From Clostridiales bacterium (GTDB lineage Bacteria > Bacillota > Clostridia > TANB77 > SIG350): a stretch of DNA of 64,000 bases. The position numbers were made by a program, and so were the translations under genes. The stretch spans positions 12,120 through 76,119 of the forward strand of contig SVGE01000002.1 in assembly GCA_015056545.1 (NCBI GenBank), given 5' to 3'. The notes under the pieces were generated by a model, which was given only the letters and a program-made list of their open reading frames with translations, searched no databases and was not told the DNA's origin. Shown here one piece after another: positions 17,041 to 23,877 of the stretch; position 1 is the first letter of the stretch; every line of letters begins with the position of its first letter.

Positions 17041-17625
17041 TTATTTTTTCATCATATCTTCATACATTTGTCTGTATGGATCTGTTGCGAGAAGTTCTTT
17101 TCTGAGTCTATCATACATTTTATGAGTTTTTTCATGAACAAATTTTGACCAATATTCAAAATCGTCTCTTACAAGCGCTTCTCTAAGTTTCGTAGCAGAT
17201 ATAGGAATTCTACTACGAGGCATTACATGTTCAGCGGTATCTTGGATGTCCTCAGGATCAAACCATTTACTACGAAATTCATCATTACCATATACCATAA
17301 GAGAGGGGGCTTTTCGAATATGCAATTTTACATTTTTTAAAACGTAACGACCCCAATCAGCTGTTATATCATTTTCGTTAGTTAGATCATTTAATTCTTT
17401 CACAATAAATGTATCATTATCTTTTCCATATATTTCACGAATTACATCAATTCGTGTTGATGGTAGATAAGGATTTCTTAATGTTCCAGATTCTTGTGCA
17501 GAGCCAACTAATATTAAGACTCTGTCACAATATTTTAATGCAGTTTGAACTAAAAGATCATGTCCGATGTGATAATGCTGAAACCGTCCTACAATTAATG
17601 CTACGTCCTCAGGCTTCTTATACAT
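17041..17625 (-). CDS. Nicotinamide/nicotinate-nucleotide adenylyltransferase, NadM-type cytidylyltransferase fold
   Basis: GRFQHYHIGH ((H/T)xGH motif in the GRFQPxHxGH context) and ISATKLR (ISxTxxR motif). Confidence 0.65.
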   Translation of the reverse strand: MYKKPEDVALIVGRFQHYHIGHDLLVQTALKYCDRVLILVGSAQESGTLRNPYLPSTRIDVIREIYGKDNDTFIVKELNDLTNENDITADWGRYVLKNVKLHIRKAPSLMVYGNDEFRSKWFDPEDIQDTAEHVMPRSRIPISATKLREALVRDDFEYWSKFVHEKTHKMYDRLRKELLATDPYRQMYEDMMKK

Positions 17626-17742
17626 AATAAAACCTCACTTTCATAATTTTTAATTTTCTGTATTATATCACGGTTGTAAACATAATTCAAGTATGTATAT
17701 AATCAGATAATTTGATGTTTATCATAAATGTAGGTTATCATA

Positions 17743-18633
17743 TTAATTACTAGATATAATTTCAATAAGTTTTTGGGTGCAATAACTTGGCATATAATTT
17801 TTTTTAGTTAATACAACTATTTTGTGTTTAGGAAGAGAAGGAATCGTATTTATTGTAAATAGTTCTTTGTTTTCTAATTCTTTTTTCACAAAATCTTTAG
17901 CAACAAAACCAATTCCCATACCAATTCTAGCAAATTCAATAATTAACGCATAACTTGAAAGTTCAATATCACTATTTATTTTTATATTATTCTCATTCAA
18001 AAATTTATCTAATATTCTTCTTGAATTAGAATTTGGTTGTTGCAGTAAAATAGGGTAGTTTACTAATTTTTCTATAGGAATATTATTTTTAGTTAATTCA
18101 ATAAAATCACTATTACATATGAATGAATATTGTATATCTTGTGAATATTCAATATTAAAGTTTTTAAAATTTAGATTATCATTTGTAATTATAGCTATAT
18201 CTATTTTACCATTTTCTAATTTATTTAATATTTCCGATGTCATACTTGTATCAATATTTATACTTACTTTAGGATATTTATCATGAAATTTTTCAAGATG
18301 ATCTATTAAAAAATATTTTGTTAATGTTGTTCCAATACCAATGCGAATATTACCTGTTTCTAAGTCTTTTAAACTAGCTAATCTATTTTCTCCTAGTTTT
18401 AAATTTTCCATAGCATTAGAAACATGTTCATATAATACTTTTCCTTCATTTGTTAAAATTACTCCTCTTTTAGTACGTATAAATAAAGTTGTTTCTAATA
18501 AATCTTCTAATTTTTTAATATCCATTGTAACTGCTGGTTGTGAAATATATAAACTTTCAGCAGCTCTTGTTATATTACCTAATCTAGCAACAGTATAAAA
18601 TATTTTATATAATTCAATATCTATTTCCATCAT
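17743..18633 (-). CDS. LysR-family transcriptional regulator
   Basis: An N-terminal wHTH (FYTVARLGNITRAAESLYISQPAVTMDIKKLE) plus a substrate-binding domain of about 200 aa. It is divergent from coaE. Confidence 0.85.
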   Translation of the reverse strand: MMEIDIELYKIFYTVARLGNITRAAESLYISQPAVTMDIKKLEDLLETTLFIRTKRGVILTNEGKVLYEHVSNAMENLKLGENRLASLKDLETGNIRIGIGTTLTKYFLIDHLEKFHDKYPKVSINIDTSMTSEILNKLENGKIDIAIITNDNLNFKNFNIEYSQDIQYSFICNSDFIELTKNNIPIEKLVNYPILLQQPNSNSRRILDKFLNENNIKINSDIELSSYALIIEFARIGMGIGFVAKDFVKKELENKELFTINTIPSLPKHKIVVLTKKNYMPSYCTQKLIEIISSN

Positions 18634-18719
18634 AATCTCTCCTTATTATATGTATAAAAAATATATATTTTGATTATAACATTATATGTGATATAATTCA
18701 AGCAAAGGAGGAGATAATT

Positions 18720-19301
18720 ATGTTACTGATTGGACTAATGGGCAAGTCAGGGAGTGGTAAAACTTTAATAAGTAATTTGCTTAAAGAAAGAGATAATAGT
18801 TTGCAAGTTATAGATATAGATAAAATAGGTCATAATTCACATAAAGATTTATATGTAAAAACACAATTACTTAAATCATTTGGGAAAGATATTTTTGATG
18901 AAAATGGAGAAGTGGATAGAAAAAAATTATCTTCTATTGTATTTAAAGATGAACAAATGATGGAAAAATTATGCTTAGCTACATATGAATATATGGTAAG
19001 AAAAATAGATAAATTAATTTCTCAAAGCGAAATAACTATTTTAGATTATGCACTGCTTCCGAAAACAAAATATTTTAATATGTGTGATGTGAAAGTTTTA
19101 GTAGAAGCAACATATGAAGAAAGAAGTAATAGAGTAATTTTAAGAGATAATATTTCAACTGAAAAATATGATGAAATAAATTCAAATAGCTTAGATTATT
19201 CTAATTTATCTTTTGATTATGTTATTAAAAACAACAAAGACATTAATTATTTAAGAAAGGTTGTAGGTGAGATTTATGAAAAAAGTATTGTATCCAGGTA
19301 G
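18720..19301 (+). CDS. coaE: Dephospho-CoA kinase
   Basis: P-loop GLMGKSGSGKT near the N-terminus. The pattern D(I/A)D..GH...FG..IF.ENGEVDRKKLS.IVF is typical of CoaE. It overlaps coaD. Confidence 0.65.
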   Translation: MLLIGLMGKSGSGKTLISNLLKERDNSLQVIDIDKIGHNSHKDLYVKTQLLKSFGKDIFDENGEVDRKKLSSIVFKDEQMMEKLCLATYEYMVRKIDKLISQSEITILDYALLPKTKYFNMCDVKVLVEATYEERSNRVILRDNISTEKYDEINSNSLDYSNLSFDYVIKNNKDINYLRKVVGEIYEKSIVSR

Positions 19302-19767
19302 TTTTGATCCAATAACTTATGGGCATATGGATGTTGTAGAGCAAGCACTTAATATTTATGACAGGGTAATAATTGCAGTACTAAAAAATGAAAGCAAAAG
19401 TAGAGGCTGGTTTACACTTGAGGAAAGAAAAGAGTTAATAAAAGCAATATATAAAGATAATCCAAAAGTTGAAGTAATAACATCTGACGCTAATACAGCT
19501 GTTGTAGATGTAGCTTTAAGTAATGGTTGTACTACATTAGTAAAAGGATTAAGAGATGTAACAGATTTTGAATATGAAAGAAAAATGGCTGCTCTTAATT
19601 TAATGTTATCAGACAACAAAGTTAATACTATAACATTATTTGCTAATCCTGAGCATACAACAATTTCCTCATCAAATGTAAAAGCAATATATAATATTGG
19701 TAAAAAAATAACTTCTTTTGTTCATCCAATTATTGAGAAAGCAATAAATGAAAAATATTCAAAATAG
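19276..19767 (+). CDS. coaD: Phosphopantetheine adenylyltransferase
   Basis: ATG 19276 gives MKKVLYPGSFDPITYGHMDVV, the canonical CoaD N-terminus with TxGH. The ORF-track start at 19267 is a GTG inside coaE. Confidence 0.9.
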   Translation: MKKVLYPGSFDPITYGHMDVVEQALNIYDRVIIAVLKNESKSRGWFTLEERKELIKAIYKDNPKVEVITSDANTAVVDVALSNGCTTLVKGLRDVTDFEYERKMAALNLMLSDNKVNTITLFANPEHTTISSSNVKAIYNIGKKITSFVHPIIEKAINEKYSK

Positions 19768-19778
19768 GGGTAAATATT

Positions 19779-20540
19779 ATGAAAAAATTAATTGTTATAC
19801 CATTAGGTACAGTTTCACCTTATTGCAAACAAAATATGAATTGTCCATGTTTTCTAATAAAGTATGAAAACAATAATATATTATTAGATTGTGGAAATGG
19901 AATTACAAGATTAATGAATTTTCCAACTGATTTAGATAATCTTCATGTTTTTGTATCACATTTTCATAAAGATCATTATGGAGACTTGGGTGCTATCCAA
20001 TATGCTTCTTTTGTATATCATAATCTTGGTGTTACAAAACAACCAATAAAAATATATCTTCCAGAAAATGATTTTAATTTTAGTAAGCAAGAAATATTAT
20101 CAAATAATGAAGCTTATGCGAATTATTATGATATATCTGAAGGCAAAGAATATATTATTGGAGATTTAAAAGTATCTTTTCATAATAATAATTCTCATAC
20201 TATTGAAACATTTACAATAAAAGTTGAAACAGCAGACTTTAAAGTAGTATACACATCAGATGTAGGAAATACAAATATTGAAGGTTTAGCTAAATTTTGT
20301 AATAATGCAGATTTGTTAATTTGTGAAAGTTCGTTTTTGAAAAAACATAATTCAAATAGCAAAACACATTTAACAGCATATGATGCAGCAAATATTGCAA
20401 AACAAGCAAATGTTAAAAAATTATTATTAACACATTTTTGGCCTGAAGAAAATAAAAAAGAATATTTAAGAGAAGCTAAAAGTGTATATAAAAGAACAAA
20501 AGTTGCAAAGGAAGGTAAGAAAATTGTATTAAGGAGCTGA
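19779..20540 (+). CDS. MBL-fold metallo-hydrolase
   Basis: HxHxDH motif (HFHKDHYGD). Confidence 0.75.
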   Translation: MKKLIVIPLGTVSPYCKQNMNCPCFLIKYENNNILLDCGNGITRLMNFPTDLDNLHVFVSHFHKDHYGDLGAIQYASFVYHNLGVTKQPIKIYLPENDFNFSKQEILSNNEAYANYYDISEGKEYIIGDLKVSFHNNNSHTIETFTIKVETADFKVVYTSDVGNTNIEGLAKFCNNADLLICESSFLKKHNSNSKTHLTAYDAANIAKQANVKKLLLTHFWPEENKKEYLREAKSVYKRTKVAKEGKKIVLRS

Positions 20541-20545
20541 GAATA

Positions 20546-21394
20546 ATGATAATAGATTTACATGTTCATACAATATATTCAGATGGTGAAAAATCACCAT
20601 TAGAAATATTAAAAATGTGTAATGACAATAGTATTTCAACAGTAGCTATTACAGACCATGGTAATATTTTAGGGGCAAAAAAAGCTATTAAAGAAAATCC
20701 TTATCCTAATATTAAAATTATACCTGGTATAGAGTTAACAGCAATATATTCTAAAAAAGGATGTAATCTTCATATTTTAGGATATAATATAGACTTAGAA
20801 AATAAAGAACTCAACAATTTAAGTAATGCAATTATGGAAGATGCTGAAAGAAGAGTTAAATCTTTTATTGAACAGTTGAAAATATGTTACAATATATCTT
20901 TTCAACAAAAAGATATTGATGAGATATTTAATTCAGTTGGAAATATTGGAAGACCAGATGTAGCTAAATTATGTGTAAAATATGGATATGCTAAGACTGT
21001 ACATGAAGCATTTAAAAAATTACTTGATCCTCTTGAAGATAAAGTAGAAAAGAGGAGAGTAAGACCTACTGCAAAAGACTGTATAGAATATATACAAAAT
21101 GCGGGAGGAATAGCTTGTCTAGCTCATCCAATTGAGTTAAAAAAAGATATGGATGAATTAAAGGAATATATTGCTGAACTAAAAGGGTATGGACTTAAAG
21201 CAGTTGAAGTTTATCAGAGTAAACATACAAAAGAATATAGCAGACAGTTACTTGAAATAGTAAATGAACTTGGTCTTTTGTATAGTGTTGGAAGTGATTA
21301 TCATGGACCTATAGTTTCACCAGATATTGAAATAGGTAGTGGTAAGGAAAATAACTTAAATATTAGCAATGTTAGTATATTAAATAACTTGTGA
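20546..21394 (+). CDS. PHP-domain phosphoesterase
   Basis: N-terminal IDLHVHTIYSDG and a later AHP motif, typical of the PHP family. Confidence 0.75.
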   Translation: MIIDLHVHTIYSDGEKSPLEILKMCNDNSISTVAITDHGNILGAKKAIKENPYPNIKIIPGIELTAIYSKKGCNLHILGYNIDLENKELNNLSNAIMEDAERRVKSFIEQLKICYNISFQQKDIDEIFNSVGNIGRPDVAKLCVKYGYAKTVHEAFKKLLDPLEDKVEKRRVRPTAKDCIEYIQNAGGIACLAHPIELKKDMDELKEYIAELKGYGLKAVEVYQSKHTKEYSRQLLEIVNELGLLYSVGSDYHGPIVSPDIEIGSGKENNLNISNVSILNNL

Positions 21395-21404
21395 GGTGAC
21401 TATT

Positions 21405-22187
21405 ATGAAAAGAGTCGAATTATATGTTAATTCAACAAAACAAAAGGCAATAATGCTTTCAAATCAAATACAAGAAGAACTTCTGAAAAGTGGTTATGAA
21501 ATAGTTCGGGAAGCACCTGATATAATTATAGGCTTTGGTGGTGATGGAACACTTCTAAATCTTTTAAGAGAAAGAACTTATTCATTAGGAGCCAAGTATA
21601 TTGGAATTAATTGTGGAACATTAGGTTTTATGCAAGACTTTGAAGTAACAGATATTCACCAATTTGTGCAAGATATACCAAATTATATACAACAAAAAAT
21701 TAATCTTATATCACTTGAAGCTATAAATGGAAAAGAGAAGAAAGTATTTAATGCACTAAATGATTTTAATATTCAAAATAAGAATAATAAGACATTTAGA
21801 GCAAAGGTTGAAATAAGCAATGAATTTCTTGAAGATTATATAGGAACAGGTATTATTTTCTCAACACCAACAGGTTCAACAGCACATAATTTATCAGCAG
21901 GTGGTAGTGTAATTTTCCCAGAAATTGAAGTTATACAGATAACGCCAAGAGAAGCTATTGCTAATAGAGAAATGCATTGTTTACCTAAAAGTATTTGTAT
22001 TCCTAGAAATCTAACTGTTAGTTTATCTCCAAATAATGAGGAAGAAATAGAAATACTTTCTGATGCGGATACTGTATATACAGGAAAATATGAAAGAATT
22101 AATATTTACAAATCTAATTTGTCATTAACAAAACTGACAGACAAAAATAGTAGTTTTGTAAAAAAGATACGGGAAAAGCTTATTTAA
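21405..22187 (+). CDS. nadK: NAD kinase
   Basis: GGDGTLL motif and a TPTGSTAHNLSAGG motif. ATG 21405 follows SD gaggtga. Confidence 0.85.
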   Translation: MKRVELYVNSTKQKAIMLSNQIQEELLKSGYEIVREAPDIIIGFGGDGTLLNLLRERTYSLGAKYIGINCGTLGFMQDFEVTDIHQFVQDIPNYIQQKINLISLEAINGKEKKVFNALNDFNIQNKNNKTFRAKVEISNEFLEDYIGTGIIFSTPTGSTAHNLSAGGSVIFPEIEVIQITPREAIANREMHCLPKSICIPRNLTVSLSPNNEEEIEILSDADTVYTGKYERINIYKSNLSLTKLTDKNSSFVKKIREKLI

Positions 22188-22236
22188 AAAACAAAAACAC
22201 ATTTCATTTAGAAGTGTGTTTTTTTATACAAAACTA

Positions 22237-22265
22237 TTGAAAAGTTAAAAAACATATGTTATATT
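22237..22265 (+). promoter_or_regulatory. P1 promoter of leader copy 1 (TTGAAA-17-TATATT)
   Basis: ttgaaa at 22237-22242 and tatatt at 22260-22265. The position is conserved in all three copies. Confidence 0.65.
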
Positions 22266-22290
22266 ACAAACAGAAAAGAGGTGTAAGAAA

Positions 22291-22356
22291 ATGTCAAATA
22301 AACCTAAGCCAAACTGCCAGAAAGTGCTAAATACTAGGGGGGGGGGATGTTTATAG
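22291..22356 (+). CDS. Leader sORF, 21 codons (MSNKPKPNCQKVLNTRGGGCL), containing the poly-G tract
   Basis: SD aaagaggtg lies 7 nt upstream of the ATG. SD, ATG and the MSNK...C.KVLNTRGG core are conserved in all three copies. Translation has not been demonstrated. Confidence 0.35.
   Translation: MSNKPKPNCQKVLNTRGGGCL
22337..22346 (+). repeat. Homopolymeric G10 tract
   Basis: Counted directly: 4 G at 22337-22340 plus 6 G at 22341-22346. The homologous tracts are G11 and G8. Confidence 0.95.
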
Positions 22357-22393
22357 TATAAAAACATCTTTAATTGACATGCAAAAAAATACA

Positions 22394-22445
22394 AAGAACT
22401 TAAGAATATATTACGAGAAAACGTAGTATAGTCTTAGGTTCTTTT
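22394..22445 (+). terminator. Long imperfect hairpin plus T-run inside the leader (intrinsic terminator/attenuator)
   Basis: aagaacttaagaatatattacg / cgtagtatagtcttaggttctt forms a 22-bp stem with 3 mismatch/wobble positions and an agaaaa loop, followed by tttt. Confidence 0.6.
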
Positions 22446-22542
22446 AATTTGCCAAAATTAAAAAACAAATAATTTGGCAATAATAAAATAAAGAACTGAG
22501 GAAGGGAGGAAAAAATAAAATAAAAAAACATCAACAAAACAG

Positions 22543-22582
22543 TTGAAGTTAAACTGAAAGTGTTATACAATAAAATTGTATA
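22543..22582 (+). promoter_or_regulatory. P2 promoter (TTGAAG-17-TACAAT) overlapped by the palindrome tatacaat-aaa-attgtata
   Basis: ttgaag at 22543-22548 and tacaat at 22566-22571. The 8-bp inverted repeat at 22564-22582 covers the -10 box. Confidence 0.55.
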
Positions 22583-22612
22583 AGAAAATTAAATTTAAAG
22601 GAGGAAAAAATC

Positions 22613-23764
22613 ATGAAAAATTTAAGTAAAAGAGCTGGAATCAGCTTAGTTGCATTAATTGTAACAATAATTGTGCTAATAATATTAACTGCTGCAGTTA
22701 TAGTTACGTTTATGGAAGGTGGAATAATAGACAGAGCAAAGGAAAGTGTATTTAAAAGTGATATAAGAACATATCAAGAAATATTAGCAGTAAAAAGAGC
22801 AGAAGAACAAATAAAGTTAGCAACAGGAAATGGCGAAGAAGAATTAAAATTAATAGACAAAACAATAACAGGGGAAGAAATAAAAGATATATTACCAGAA
22901 TTTAAAGTAGAAGAATATGGAGAATTAATAGAAGTAGCAAATGGAGAAATAGTAGCAAAAAAAGAATTAGATGAAGAAGTTATGCAAGAAAAATGGTTAA
23001 TAGAATTAGGAATAGGACTAGGAAGTAAAATTGGTAATATAGGAATTGTTCATAATGATATTATTCCAGAAGGTGGAACTTATTATAAAGGGATTAAATC
23101 TGTAGATGGCCCAGAAGGAACACCTGTTTATATGGTAGGAGATTATTCAACTGCAGAAGAGGTATTTAGTGAAGGAGATAATTTCCCAAATTTAGAAACA
23201 GGAGATGTTTATGTATATGGGGATTATGAATATAGATATAATTCTGAACTTACATCTATGTATTATATTTGGAATGGAGATATTTTTAAAAATGGTTGGG
23301 GAGTTGCTGTTAGAGAGCAAAACAAATCCGAGTATGGAGATATTTTAACTACTATTAATGGTAGTAATATTATAAGTATGAGAGCTACATTTTGTGGGTT
23401 TGGTAATTTGGAAAATGCACCATCAATTCCAAATACAGTAGCAATATTAGGAGAAACTTTTTTATCTACATCTATAACACAAGCTCCAATAATTCCAGGA
23501 AGTGTTACAGATATGGGATTTACTTTTTCTTCAAGCAGTATTGTTAATGCTCCTACTATACCGTCTAACGTTATTTATTTAGACCATATATTTGAAGGTT
23601 GTGCATCATTAACAGGTACAATCGAAATTAATTCTAATACATCAAATTATTCGGGTGCATTTATTGATACTGTTCAACCTATTACTCTAACAGGTTCTTC
23701 TACAAAACTAGCAGAAATAGCAGCAACAGCAAACAATGGAAATGTAACTGTGGCAACTAAATAA
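22613..23764 (+). CDS. Prepilin-like N-terminus (Gly(-1) kept, Ile(+1), Ala(+5)) fused to a BspA-type leucine-rich-repeat surface domain
   Basis: SD aaggagg. MKNLSKRAG/ISLVALIVTIIVLIILTAAVIV resembles the type IV prepilin (K/R)G/F(T/S)L(I/V)E core. The C-terminal repeats are of the IPxxV...F..C..L type (NAPSIPNTVAILGETF, APIIPGSVTDMGFTF, NAPTIPSNVIYLDHIFEGCASL). Confidence 0.6.
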   Translation: MKNLSKRAGISLVALIVTIIVLIILTAAVIVTFMEGGIIDRAKESVFKSDIRTYQEILAVKRAEEQIKLATGNGEEELKLIDKTITGEEIKDILPEFKVEEYGELIEVANGEIVAKKELDEEVMQEKWLIELGIGLGSKIGNIGIVHNDIIPEGGTYYKGIKSVDGPEGTPVYMVGDYSTAEEVFSEGDNFPNLETGDVYVYGDYEYRYNSELTSMYYIWNGDIFKNGWGVAVREQNKSEYGDILTTINGSNIISMRATFCGFGNLENAPSIPNTVAILGETFLSTSITQAPIIPGSVTDMGFTFSSSSIVNAPTIPSNVIYLDHIFEGCASLTGTIEINSNTSNYSGAFIDTVQPITLTGSSTKLAEIAATANNGNVTVATK

Positions 23765-23877
23765 AATAACAACAAAAATACAGTATTTATGCTGTATTTT
23801 TGTTTTGTGCTTGTAAAATAAGCAGAGATGTATTAATATATTTATGTTAATTTATATATAAGGAGGTTGTTGTAGTT

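Larger units (their letters stand above)
22237..22612 (+). repeat. Conserved leader module, copy 1 of 3 (other copies at 42428-42712 and 58675-59057)
   Basis: Hand alignment shows near-identical order and sequence. The order is P1 promoter, SD+sORF, aaagtgctaaatacta + poly-G + gatgtttat, ttgacatgc, and a long hairpin gaacttaagaatatattacg...cgtagtatagtcttaggttc. The similarity continues about 200 nt into the downstream CDS. Confidence 0.9.

Noticed and set aside
22337-22346. The poly-G tracts might be G-quadruplex-forming elements.
   Set aside because: Each locus has a single G-run with no additional nearby G-tracts. An intramolecular quadruplex needs four runs, so slipped-strand length variation is the more economical reading.
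22266-22612. The leader might be a known riboswitch (c-di-GMP-I/II, as upstream of some clostridial pilin genes) or an invertible promoter switch.
   Set aside because: I could not match any remembered riboswitch consensus blocks. I also found no flanking inverted repeats bracketing the promoters and no nearby recombinase gene. It remains possible that this is an unrecognised RNA motif, which is reported under findings.
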